A program made the position numbers and the translations under genes. Below, piece after piece: positions 47,577-57,249 of a DNA stretch of 64,000 bases. The notes beneath the pieces are model-generated. The model did not search any database. It was not told the origin of the DNA and saw nothing but the letters and a program-made list of their open reading frames with translations. This stretch comes from an uncultured Alphaproteobacteria bacterium (lineage in GTDB: Bacteria > Pseudomonadota > Alphaproteobacteria > Rhodobacterales > Rhodobacteraceae): assembly GCA_963700835.1 (NCBI GenBank), contig CAVOZD010000025.1, forward strand, positions 20,960 to 84,959, read 5' to 3'. Positions within the stretch are counted from its first letter, which is position 1; each line of letters starts with the position of its first letter.

Positions 47577-49316
47577 ATGGAAGTGAAGGTTCCCGACATC
47601 GGCGACTTCAAGGACGTGCCGGTGATCGCGGTGCTCGTTGCGGTGGGCGACACGGTCGCCGCCGAGGATCCGCTGATCGAGCTCGAAAGCGACAAGGCCA
47701 CCATGGAGGTGCCCGCGCCCGCCGCCGGCAGGGTCACGGCCATCTCCGTCGGGGAGGGCGACAAGGTCTCGGAAGGCTCCGTGATCCTGACGCTGGAGGC
47801 CGAAGGCGCCGCCGAGGCGCCGAAGTCGGAGAAACCCGCGCCCGCCCGGGCCGAGACCCCCAAGCCCGCGCCCGCCCGGGCGGGCGCGGCGAAGAAGGGC
47901 GACGTGCATGGCGAGGTCGTTGTGCTCGGCTCGGGCCCCGGCGGCTACACCGCGGCCTTTCGCGCCGCCGACCTTGGCAAGAAGGTCGTGCTGATCGAGA
48001 AGGATCCCACCCTCGGCGGCGTGTGCCTCAACGTCGGCTGCATTCCCTCCAAGGCGCTCCTGCACGCGGCGAAGGTCATCACCGAGACCGAGGAGATGGC
48101 CGAGCACGGGGTGAAGTTCACCAAGCCAAAGATCGACCTCGACGCATTGCGCGGCTGGAAGGACGGCGTGGTCGGGAAACTCACCGGCGGGCTGACCGGC
48201 CTCGCCAAGGCGCGCAAGGTGATCGTGGTGGAGGGCTACGGCCGCTTCACCGGGGCGAACATGATCTCGGTGGAGGGCTCCGACGGCGAGACCACCGAAG
48301 TCAGCTTCGACCAGTGCGTGATCGCCGCGGGCTCCGAGCCCGTGCGGCTTCCCTTCATCCCTCACGACGACGAGCGCGTGATCGATTCGACCGGCGCACT
48401 GGAGCTGCGAGACATCCCCAAGCGCCTGCTTGTGCTCGGCGGCGGCATCATCGGCCTCGAGATGGCCTGCGTCTACGACGCGCTGGGCTCGAAGGTCACC
48501 ATCGTCGAGCTGATGGACCAGATCATCCCCGGCGCCGACAAGGACATCGTCAAGCCGCTGCACACGCGTATCGCCGGGCGCTACGAGAACATCCTGCTCA
48601 AGACCAAGGTGACGGCAGTCGAGCCGCAGAAGGGCGGTCTCAAGGTCACCTTCGAGGACGCCGACGGCAAGACCTCGACCGACACCTTCGACCGCGTGCT
48701 GGTCGCGGTCGGCCGCAGGCCGAACGGCAAGTTGATTGATGCCGACGCGGCCGGCGTGGCCGTGGACGAGCGCGGCTTCATCGCGGTCGACGGCCAGCAG
48801 CGCACCAACGTGCCCCACATCTTCGCCATCGGCGATGTGGTCGGCCAGCCGATGCTCGCCCATAAGGCCGTGCACGAAGGCAAGGTCGCCGCCGAGGTCG
48901 CCGCAGGCTCCAACCGCGCCTTCGACGCGCGCGTCATCCCCTCGGTCGCGTACACAGATCCCGAGGTCGCCTGGGTCGGCGTCACCGAGACCGACGCCAA
49001 GGCGAAGGGCCTCAAGGTCGGCAAGGGCGTCTTCCCCTGGGCGGCCTCTGGCCGGTCGCTCTCCAACGGGCGCAGCGAGGGCGTCACCAAGGTGATCTTC
49101 GATCCCGAGGACGACCGGGTGATCGGCGCGGCGATCGTCGGCACCAACGCCGGCGACCTGATCGCCGAGGTGGCGCTCGCCATCGAGATGGGCGCCGATG
49201 CGGTCGATCTCGGCCACACCATCCACCCGCATCCGACGCTGTCGGAGACCATCAACTTCGCCGCGGAGATGTTCGAGGGCACCATCACCGACCTGATGCC
49301 GCCCCGCAAGAAATAG
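47577..49316 (+). CDS. lpdA: dihydrolipoyl dehydrogenase (E3) with N-terminal lipoyl domain
   Basis: ESDKATMEVP, GSGPGGY, GGVCLNVGCIPSK, HPHPTLSE. Confidence 0.96.
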   Translation: MEVKVPDIGDFKDVPVIAVLVAVGDTVAAEDPLIELESDKATMEVPAPAAGRVTAISVGEGDKVSEGSVILTLEAEGAAEAPKSEKPAPARAETPKPAPARAGAAKKGDVHGEVVVLGSGPGGYTAAFRAADLGKKVVLIEKDPTLGGVCLNVGCIPSKALLHAAKVITETEEMAEHGVKFTKPKIDLDALRGWKDGVVGKLTGGLTGLAKARKVIVVEGYGRFTGANMISVEGSDGETTEVSFDQCVIAAGSEPVRLPFIPHDDERVIDSTGALELRDIPKRLLVLGGGIIGLEMACVYDALGSKVTIVELMDQIIPGADKDIVKPLHTRIAGRYENILLKTKVTAVEPQKGGLKVTFEDADGKTSTDTFDRVLVAVGRRPNGKLIDADAAGVAVDERGFIAVDGQQRTNVPHIFAIGDVVGQPMLAHKAVHEGKVAAEVAAGSNRAFDARVIPSVAYTDPEVAWVGVTETDAKAKGLKVGKGVFPWAASGRSLSNGRSEGVTKVIFDPEDDRVIGAAIVGTNAGDLIAEVALAIEMGADAVDLGHTIHPHPTLSETINFAAEMFEGTITDLMPPRKK

Positions 49317-49396
49317 CGCCGCGCGCACTGGCGCATGGGCCTTGCCAGCCGTGGCGCGCGCGGTCAGGCTTGCGCCAATCCGGGAGGGACGACGAC

Positions 49397-50371
49397 ATGG
49401 CCGAGGAAGTAGTGCGCTGGGGCATCCTGAGCGCAGCAAAGATCGCGCGTGAATGGGTCGCGCCGGGCATCCACATGAGCGAACGCGGCCGCATCCAGGC
49501 GATCGCGAGCCATACGCCGGGCAAGGCCGAGGCGCTGGCCGCGCCATACGGCGACGTCACCGTGCATTCCGACTACGAGGCGCTGCTCGCGGACCCGCAG
49601 GTGGACGCGGTCTACATCCCGCTGCCCAACGCCGCTCATGTGGAATGGACCGAGAAGTGCCTCGACGCGGGAAAGCACGTGCTCTGCGAGAAGCCCATCG
49701 CGCTCAAGGCCGAGGAGATCGACCGGCTGATCGCGGCGCGCGACCGCACCGGCCTCGTCGCCGCCGAGGCCTTCATGGTGACCCATCACCGTCAGTGGAT
49801 CCGCGTGCGCGAGATGGTGCGCGAGGGCGTCATCGGCGATCTCCGGCAGGTGCAGGGCGCCTTCACCTTCTTCAACGACGACCCCGCCAACATCCGCAAC
49901 ATGCCCGAGCTCGGCGGCGGGGCGCTGCGCGACATCGGCGTCTACCCTTCGGTCACCACCCGGTTCGTCACCGGCGCGGAGCCTGAGTCGGTCGAGGCCG
50001 AGATCGACTGGGACATGGGCATCGACGCAACCGCGCGGGTCCGGGCGCGCTTTCCCGAGTTCCACCTCGACTTCTACGTCTCCATGCGCATGGCGCCGCG
50101 TCAGCTGATGACCTTTCACGGCACCGAGGGCTGGATCTCGGTGCATGCGGGCTTCAACGCCCACCTCTACGGCGACGAGGTGGTGGAGGTGCGCGGATTC
50201 GGCGACGTGCTGACCCTCGAGCGGTTCCCGTTGAGCGACCAGTACCGCGCCCAGATCGACGCATTCAACTCGGCGGTAATCGACGGAGCGCCCTACGCCT
50301 GCACGCTGGAATTCAGCCGCGGCAACCAGCGCATGATCGACATGATCTACGAGGCCGCGGGCCACGCCTGA
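49397..50371 (+). CDS. Gfo/Idh/MocA-family oxidoreductase
   Basis: VRWGILSAAKIA, YIPLPN, KHVLCEKP, GGALRDIGVY. Confidence 0.92.
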   Translation: MAEEVVRWGILSAAKIAREWVAPGIHMSERGRIQAIASHTPGKAEALAAPYGDVTVHSDYEALLADPQVDAVYIPLPNAAHVEWTEKCLDAGKHVLCEKPIALKAEEIDRLIAARDRTGLVAAEAFMVTHHRQWIRVREMVREGVIGDLRQVQGAFTFFNDDPANIRNMPELGGGALRDIGVYPSVTTRFVTGAEPESVEAEIDWDMGIDATARVRARFPEFHLDFYVSMRMAPRQLMTFHGTEGWISVHAGFNAHLYGDEVVEVRGFGDVLTLERFPLSDQYRAQIDAFNSAVIDGAPYACTLEFSRGNQRMIDMIYEAAGHA

Positions 50372-50496
50372 AGGCCCGGCAGGACCAATTCAGCCAGCAT
50401 CAAGGATTAGCCGCTACTGATGTGATTCCCGCCCGGACACGGCGCGCGGCTTGCGTCGAATGCGCAGTTTTGTTCTAGTGTTCGCGAGGTGGTGTG

Positions 50497-51159
50497 ATGA
50501 TCGATTGCAAGGCATTGCTGGTGCTTGGCGGGTTGCTGCTTGCGGCCGCCTGCAACCCGTCCGACGTCATGGTCGTGGAGCAGAAACCGCCGCAGGAGTC
50601 GCCAGGCCCGGAGATGGCCACGGTCGATCCCATCTACTACGCGGCGCGCTCGGATGGCAGCCGGACGATCTCCGCCGTCGACACGGCGGCGTTCCACCCC
50701 GCCCTCCTGCGCAACGAGGTCGCCTACGAGACCGCCGAGGCGCCCGGCACCATCGTCATCGACACCAAGGGCCCCTTCCTCTACCTCGTCGGGGAGGAAG
50801 GCCGGGCCACGCGCTATGGCATCGCCATCGGCCGCGAGGGCTTCGGCTGGAAGGGCGAGGGCACCATCGCCCGCACGGCCCAGTGGCCGACCTGGACGCC
50901 GCCACCGGAAATGATCGAGCGCGAGCCCTATCTCGAGAAATGGCGTGGCGGCATGCCGGGCGGGCCGAACAACCCGCTCGGGGCCCGGGCGCTTTACATC
51001 TACTTCGGCGGCCGGGATTCCGGCTATCGCATCCATGGAACCAACCAGCCCAACTCCATTGGCTGGGCTGCCTCTTCGGGGTGCTTCCGCATGCTCAACC
51101 AGGACGTCATCGACCTCTACGACCGGGTTGGCAAGGGCGCGAAGGTCGTCGTCATCTAG
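50497..51159 (+). CDS. L,D-transpeptidase (YkuD) lipoprotein
   Basis: Lipobox LLAAC; NPLGARALY, RIHGTNQP...SSGCFRM. Confidence 0.93.
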   Translation: MIDCKALLVLGGLLLAAACNPSDVMVVEQKPPQESPGPEMATVDPIYYAARSDGSRTISAVDTAAFHPALLRNEVAYETAEAPGTIVIDTKGPFLYLVGEEGRATRYGIAIGREGFGWKGEGTIARTAQWPTWTPPPEMIEREPYLEKWRGGMPGGPNNPLGARALYIYFGGRDSGYRIHGTNQPNSIGWAASSGCFRMLNQDVIDLYDRVGKGAKVVVI

Positions 51160-51307
51160 TCGGGCGACCGATTTTCGACAGGATTGGCCGTCCGTTCTTC
51201 CCGGACTATTTGATTAACTGCGCTTGTTGGGGCGCAGAGGTCGTGTTATGGCGCGGACCGCTTGGACCGAGGCACGCAGCCGTCGGTCGGCATTCGGGAG
51301 GGATACG

Positions 51308-52405
51308 ATGAATTTGATGAAGCTTCTGATGGGGGCTGCGACCCCGGCGATGATCGGCAAGATCGCCGGCATGCTCGGCGTGTCGAGCCCGGCGGTCCAG
51401 AAGATGCTGGCGGTCGCGCTTCCGGTGGTCCTGTCGGGCATTCTCGGAGCCGCGAAGAAGCCCGAAGGGCGTGAGGCTTTCGGCAAGGCCCTCGGCCGGG
51501 CCGGCAACAATCCGCTCGACGATCTCGCTGCCGAATTCGACCGCGATGCGGGTCGCGTCGCCTCCGGCGGCACCGACTTCCTCTCCTCGATGCTTGGCGG
51601 CGGGACGCTTGGCACGCTGGCCTCAAAGCTCGGCGATTTCGGCGGCGTTCCGCAGGACAAGGCGGGATCGCTTCTCGGCCTTGTCGGCTCGCTCGCCATG
51701 GGCGGCCTCGCCAAGACGGCGAAGGACCAGAACCTCGACGCGGACGGCGTGCTGAAGTACATGGAATCCCAGAAGTCCGAGATCGCGGACGCCATTCCGG
51801 CTGAAGTCCGCAATGCCCTCGGCGGCACGGGCCTGCTCGCCGCGCTCGACCTGCCGCAGTCTGCGGCCCGTCCGGCCACCGGTCCCGCCGCAACGACGAC
51901 GCGGGCGCCGACGCCGAAGCCCGCTCCGCCGCCCGCGAAGGGGTCTTCCTGGACCAAGTGGCTGCTGGGCCTGCTGGCGCTCCTCGTTCTGCTCTGGCTG
52001 CTCTCGCGCCTGTTCGGCGGGGCCCCCGAGGAGGTCGTGTCGGACGCGCCGGCGACGGCGGAATCCGCAGTCAGCGCGCTCGTGGTTGACGGCACCGACA
52101 TCGGCGCCGGGGTGCAGGACGCCCTCACGCAGTTGACCTCGACCCTGGCGGAGGTGACGGACGCAGCCTCCGCCGAGGCCGCGCTGCCCACCCTCACCGA
52201 GATCGACGGGACCCTGGGCACGGTGCAGGCCGCCGCCGCCAATCTTGGCGACGAGGGCAAGAGCGCTCTGCAGTCCCTGATCATGGCGGTGATGCCGACC
52301 ATCCAGGGCGAGGCGGACCGGATCCTGGGCGACAGCGCACTGTCGGGGATACTTAAGCCCGCGATCGACGGCGTCTTGGCCAAGCTTCAGGCCCTCGCCG
52401 GCTGA
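51308..52405 (+). CDS. DUF937-domain membrane-anchored protein
   Basis: Repeated helical LLGLVGSLAMG-like segments, Pro linker, one TM segment (KWLLGLLALLVLLWLL). Confidence 0.7.
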   Translation: MNLMKLLMGAATPAMIGKIAGMLGVSSPAVQKMLAVALPVVLSGILGAAKKPEGREAFGKALGRAGNNPLDDLAAEFDRDAGRVASGGTDFLSSMLGGGTLGTLASKLGDFGGVPQDKAGSLLGLVGSLAMGGLAKTAKDQNLDADGVLKYMESQKSEIADAIPAEVRNALGGTGLLAALDLPQSAARPATGPAATTTRAPTPKPAPPPAKGSSWTKWLLGLLALLVLLWLLSRLFGGAPEEVVSDAPATAESAVSALVVDGTDIGAGVQDALTQLTSTLAEVTDAASAEAALPTLTEIDGTLGTVQAAAANLGDEGKSALQSLIMAVMPTIQGEADRILGDSALSGILKPAIDGVLAKLQALAG

Positions 52406-52446
52406 ACCCACCCAAAGCGCCGCGAAGCCGCGGCTGCCAGCGACCC

Positions 52447-52477
52447 GGGGCCCGCTTTCGCGGGCCCCTTCCTTTTT
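52447..52477 (+). terminator. intrinsic terminator
   Basis: ggggcccgc-tttc-gcgggcccc followed by ttccttttt. Confidence 0.7.
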
Positions 52478-52569
52478 GCGTCCCATTTTTCGCCGCCTGG
52501 GACCCGGGCTTGATATCGCCACTCCGGGGGCAGACAATGTCGGCTCAAACGAACCGGGGAAAAACGACC

Positions 52570-53658
52570 ATGGCCGAGACAGCGAACGGCGCGCCACGCC
52601 GCACCGAGGGGCGCGGGCGGCTCTACGACAGCATTCTCGATACGATCGGCGACACGCCCTGCGTCCGGATCAACCGGCTCGCGCCCGAGGGCGTTACGAT
52701 CTATGTCAAGTGCGAGTTCTTTAACCCGGCGGCGTCGGTCAAGGATCGACTTGCGATCGCCATTATCGAGGCGGCCGAGCGCAGCGGCGCCCTCAAGCCG
52801 GGCCAGACCGTCGTCGAAGCGACCAGCGGCAATACCGGCATCGGCCTGGCCATGGTCTGCGCGGCCAAGGGCTACCCGCTCGTCGTCACCATGGCCGACA
52901 GCTTCTCGGTCGAGCGCCGCCAGCTCATGCGCTACCTCGGCGCCAAGGTGGTGCTGACGCCCCGCGCGCAGAAGGGCTTCGGCATGTACCAGAAGGCCAA
53001 GGAGCTCGCCGCCGCCCACGGCTGGTTCTTGGCCAGCCAGTTCGAGACCGAAGCGAACGCCGACATCCACGAGAACACCACTGCCCGCGAGATCATCGCC
53101 GATTTCGACGGGCGCCGGCTCGACTACTTCGTCAGCGGCTACGGAACGGGCGGTACGGTCGCCGGCGTCGGCCGGGTGCTGAAGAAGGCGTTTCCCGACG
53201 TCAGGATCATCCTGTCGGAACCCGCCAACGCCCAGCTCGTCGGCTCCGGGACGGCGCAGTCGCGCAACGCCGACCACCAGCCCGCCGAAAGCCATCCCGC
53301 CTTCGAGCCCCACCCGATCCAGGGCTGGACGCCCGACTTCATCCCCTGGGTGCTGCAGGAGGCGATCGACGGCGGCTACTACGACGAGCTGATCCCCGTC
53401 GCCGGCGCCGACGGCATCCGCTGGGCGCGCGAACTCGCCGCCCGGGAGGGCGTCATCACCGGGGTCTCGGGCGGCTCGACCTTCGCCGTCACCATGGACC
53501 TCGCCGCGCGCGCCGCGCCGGGCTCGGTGTTTCTGTGCATGTTGCCCGACACTGGCGAGCGCTATCTCTCGACGCCGCTCTTCGAGCCCTTCGGCGCGGA
53601 CATGAACGAAGCGGAGCTGGCGCTTTCGCACTCGACCCCGGGTTTCCGGCTCGACTAG
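52570..53658 (+). CDS. cysK: PLP-dependent cysteine synthase family protein
   Basis: KCEFFNPAASVKDR, EATSGNTGIG, GTGGT; alternative start 52537. Confidence 0.88.
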   Translation: MAETANGAPRRTEGRGRLYDSILDTIGDTPCVRINRLAPEGVTIYVKCEFFNPAASVKDRLAIAIIEAAERSGALKPGQTVVEATSGNTGIGLAMVCAAKGYPLVVTMADSFSVERRQLMRYLGAKVVLTPRAQKGFGMYQKAKELAAAHGWFLASQFETEANADIHENTTAREIIADFDGRRLDYFVSGYGTGGTVAGVGRVLKKAFPDVRIILSEPANAQLVGSGTAQSRNADHQPAESHPAFEPHPIQGWTPDFIPWVLQEAIDGGYYDELIPVAGADGIRWARELAAREGVITGVSGGSTFAVTMDLAARAAPGSVFLCMLPDTGERYLSTPLFEPFGADMNEAELALSHSTPGFRLD

Positions 53659-53690
53659 TCTCCGCCGCGCGACGGTTGCCGGGGAGACAG

Positions 53691-54870
53691 ATGGGAAAGC
53701 TGGACCGCGCGGCGTCGATCGAGGATCTGCGCCGCATCGCCAGGCGCCGCCTGCCGCGCTTCGCCTTCGACTTCATCGACGGCGGCGCGGAGAGCGAGAC
53801 CGGACTGCGACGCCAACGAGACGGCGTTCAGACGCGTCCGGATGCTTCCGCGCTATCTCATCGACGTGTCCGACGTGCGCGTCGAGACCGCGGTCTTTGG
53901 CGAGACCTACGCCGCGCCGTTCGGTCTCACCACCATCGGCTTTCTCAACGTCGCGGGCCCGGGTTCCGACCTCGCGTGGGCCCGGCTCGCCGCGAAGCGG
54001 CGCATCCCGCACGTCATCTCCACCCATTGCTCGACCCCGCTCGAGAAGGTCGCCGCCGCGGCCGATGGCATGGCCTGGTTCCAGCTCTACGCCTCCACCA
54101 ACCTCGAGATCCGCGAGTCGCTGCTCGGCCGGGCCGAGGCGGCCGGCTGCCGGGTTCTGGTCGTCACCGTCGACGTGCCCGCCTCGGGCGTGCGCGACCG
54201 CGACGTGCGCAACGAGGCGGCGATGCCGTTCCGCTTCACGCCGCGCATCACGCTCGACCTCGCGCTTCATCCGGTCTGGGCGCTCACGACCCTCCGCGCC
54301 GGCGCGCCGGGCTTTGGCAACTTCGACATCCGCCAGTTCAGCAAGGGCGGCCGCCTCTCGGTCGGCGAGATCGCCCGCCGGGTGATCTCAAACACCTTCG
54401 CCTGGGACGATCTGCGCCGGATCCGGGACCGCTGGAAGGGACCGCTTGTCGTCAAGGGCCTCCTGCACCCCGAGGACGCCGCGCGCGCCTTCGAGATCGG
54501 CTGCGACGGGATCAGCGTCTCCAACCACGGCGGCCGCCAGGCCGACTTCGCCCCCGCCGCCATCGACGCGCTGCCGGCGATCCGCGCCGCGGTCGGGGCC
54601 GACCGCACCCTTCTGATCGACAGCGGCGTGCGTCGCGGAACCGATCTCATCCGCGCCAAGGCCCTCGGCGCCGACTTCGCGCTGCTCGGCCGCGCCTTCG
54701 CCTACGGGGTCGCCGCCGGCGGCGACGCCGGCTGCGCGCGCGCCTTCGACATCATCGATCGCAGCCTGCGCGCCGGCCTCGCCCAGCTCGGACGCCCGCA
54801 CTTCGCCGACGTCGACGCCTCCGTGCTCTTCAACGGGCCAGCCGCAGCAGAACCGCCCCGAACAGGGTGA
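53691..54870 (+). pseudogene. FMN-dependent alpha-hydroxy acid oxidase with a +1 frameshift at about 53811-53814 (or a sequencing error)
   Basis: RRRLPRFAFDFIDGGAE then MLPRYL, VVTVD, VVKG, SNHGGRQ, DSGVRRG; junction cgc-c-aac has one extra C. Confidence 0.85.
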
Positions 54871-55675
54871 GCATTGTCGCCGCCGCCTTCGCCAGATCGA
54901 GCTTCTCGCCGAACGCCAGCACGCCGATCAGGACCGCCACGAGAATGCTCGTCTCCCGCAGCGCCGCCACCAGGGCGATCGGCGCCTCCGTGAAGGCCCA
55001 CATCACCAGCGAATAGGCGACGAACGACGCGCCGCCGCCCACCAGCATCACCCGCCGCCCGTCGCGCACCGCAGCGCGCAGGGTCCCGGGCCGCAATCTC
55101 GCCATCAGCGCCGAATAGACCACCGTCGCCCCGAGCGCCGAGACCGCGAAGTACCCCACCGGGCTCCCCGAGAGCCGCGCGCCGTAGCCATCGACCAGCG
55201 AGTATCCGGCGATGAAGCCGCCGGTGATCAGCGCCGCCGTCGCCGCGCCGCGGTTGGGTCGCCCGTCGCCGCGTCGCGCGAGGCTGAGACTCATCACCCC
55301 CGCCGCGATCGAGGCCACCGCCAGAAGCTCGAGCGGCGCGAGCCGGACGCCGAGCGCCGCCATCGACACGCCCGCCACCAGCATCGGCGCGACGCCGCGC
55401 GCGATCGGATAGACCTGCGAGAGATCCCCCAGCCGGTAGGCGCGGATCAGAAAGAGGCTGTATCCCACATGCAGCGCCACCGACGCCCCAAGCAGCGGCC
55501 AGCTTGCCCGGTCCGGGAATGGCGCCACCAGCAGCGCGGCGAGCGCGAAGGGCGCATGGCCGAGCACCACGGCGGTCATCGCCACGCGCTTGTCGATCCC
55601 GCTCTTGACCAGCGCGTTCCAGCCCGCGTGCAGCGCTGCGGCCGCGAGCACCGCAAGAAAGACCTTCGTCGTCAT
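54830..55675 (-). CDS. DMT/EamA-family transporter
   Basis: AAALHAGWNAL, GDLSQVYPIARG, AALRETSIL; about 10 TM segments. Confidence 0.9.
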   Translation of the reverse strand: MTTKVFLAVLAAAALHAGWNALVKSGIDKRVAMTAVVLGHAPFALAALLVAPFPDRASWPLLGASVALHVGYSLFLIRAYRLGDLSQVYPIARGVAPMLVAGVSMAALGVRLAPLELLAVASIAAGVMSLSLARRGDGRPNRGAATAALITGGFIAGYSLVDGYGARLSGSPVGYFAVSALGATVVYSALMARLRPGTLRAAVRDGRRVMLVGGGASFVAYSLVMWAFTEAPIALVAALRETSILVAVLIGVLAFGEKLDLAKAAATMLTLFGAVLLRLAR

Positions 55676-55772
55676 TCTCCGGCTCTAGGCGCGGCGCCGG
55701 GCGCCGTCCAGAACGGTGTTGCCCGATCGGTCCGTTTCGATACTCTGGACAGAATGACTTCGGGGGGACGGC

Positions 55773-56168
55773 ATGGCCAAGGCGATCCACAGCATGATCC
55801 GGGTGCTCGACGAGACCCGCTCGGTCGCCTTCTACCGCGACGTGCTCGGTCTCGAGGTGGCCGACCGCTTCGATTTTGAGACCTTCACACTGGTCTACCT
55901 GCGCAACGACGCCGCCGACTTCGAGATCGAGCTCACCATCAACAAGGATCGGACCGAGCCCTACGATCTCGGCGACGGCCATGGCCACATCGCGGTCTGC
56001 GTCGACGATCTCGACGCGGAGCGCGCGCGCCTCGAGCGCGCCGGCCACGCGCCGCGCAAGATCGTCGCGTTCGAGCGCGACGGCGCTCTGATGGCGCGAT
56101 TCTTCTTCATTGCCGATCCGGACGGATACCAGATCGAGATCCTGCAACGACACGGCCGCTACCGCTGA
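55773..56168 (+). CDS. VOC/glyoxalase-family protein
   Basis: HSMIRVLD...SVAFY, GHGHIAVCVDDL, FFIADPDGYQIE. Confidence 0.9.
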   Translation: MAKAIHSMIRVLDETRSVAFYRDVLGLEVADRFDFETFTLVYLRNDAADFEIELTINKDRTEPYDLGDGHGHIAVCVDDLDAERARLERAGHAPRKIVAFERDGALMARFFFIADPDGYQIEILQRHGRYR

Positions 56169-56194
56169 AAGCCACGCGAAATCTGGGAGGGGAC

Positions 56195-56509
56195 ATGCTC
56201 TATCATCTTGAATTCACGATCGAATATGGCGAAGACATGAGCCAGAAGGACCTGTTCGGCATCTGGGCCGAGGAGGCCGGCGCCGCGCTCGGCGCGAAGG
56301 AGGCCGGCGTGGTCGTCGATCTGTGGAAGGTCGCCGGCGAACGCCGCGTCATCGCCATTCTCGATGTCGATGGGCCCGACACGCTCGACCAGATCAGCTT
56401 CGACCTGCCGATCATGAAACAGATGGGCCAGCACATGACCATCAAGGTCAGCCCGCTGCGCCGCTACGAGGATTTCGCCGCCGACGTGAAGGCGCGACTG
56501 CAGGGCTGA
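56195..56509 (+). CDS. muconolactone delta-isomerase-family protein
   Basis: MLYHLEF...EAGAA...LWKVAG...ILDV...LPIM...SPL pattern, 104 aa. Confidence 0.7.
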   Translation: MLYHLEFTIEYGEDMSQKDLFGIWAEEAGAALGAKEAGVVVDLWKVAGERRVIAILDVDGPDTLDQISFDLPIMKQMGQHMTIKVSPLRRYEDFAADVKARLQG

Positions 56510-56540
56510 CCCTCCGGTTCGACTTCCGGCGGCGCCGCGT

Positions 56541-57216
56541 TCAATAGTCCGAACGTCCGCCGGAGATGTCGAACACCGCGCCGGTCGAGAAGCTGCAGTG
56601 CTCGGAGGCGAGCCAGAGCGTCAGGTTCGCCACCTCCTCGACCCTGCCCGTGCGCCCCATGGGCACCTTGGCCACGGACGCCGCGACGAACTCCGGGCCG
56701 AGTTGTTCGAGGGTCTCGGTGGCGATTGCCGAGGGCGTCACGCAGTTGACCCGGATCGGCGTGTCGGCGAGCTCCTTGGCGAGCGACTTGGTCAGCGCGA
56801 TCACTCCGCCCTTGGCGGCCGAATAGGCGCTGAGCCCCGCAGCCGCTTCCTTTCACGCGATCGAGGCGATGCTGACGATCCGGCCCGCCGGCGCGCGTCA
56901 CCTCGTAGACGCCGGTCAGGTTCACGTCGATGACCCGCCACCAGAGTGCGGGCGTCACCTCGTCGAAGGGCCGCGCGCCGCCGGTGGTCCCGGCGTCGAT
57001 GACCAGGATGCCGAGGCGGTCGATCTTCGCCGCCGCCAGGGCGATCGCGTCCGCGTCGGTCACGTCGACCGCCCGGAACCGCACGCCCTCCTGCGGCGTG
57101 TCGCTGGCGCTCCGGTTCAACACCTCGGCCCCGGCGGCCGCCACGTCACGACCGATCCCGCGCCAGGCGCCCGTGACGGCGGCCGTGCGCCCCGAGAAGT
57201 CGTAGCTCAGCGACAC
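56541..57216 (-). pseudogene. decayed SDR oxidoreductase
   Basis: TGAWRGIG; deletion plus frameshift between YEVTRA and GRIVSIASIA; in-frame TGA where Gly is expected; SAYSAAKGG; GAVFDISGGR. Confidence 0.85.
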
Positions 57217-57249
57217 CGGTCGGCCGCAAGGTCTCCCGCCGCCACCCCG

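Noticed and set aside
46292-47800. Near-duplicate DNA at the starts of aceF and lpdA
   Set aside because: Both encode lipoyl domains; E3 with an N-terminal lipoyl domain is known in AceE-type complexes.
54830-54870. 41-nt convergent overlap of the oxidase and DMT genes
   Set aside because: Short 3' overlaps are common in GC-rich genomes; no further signal.
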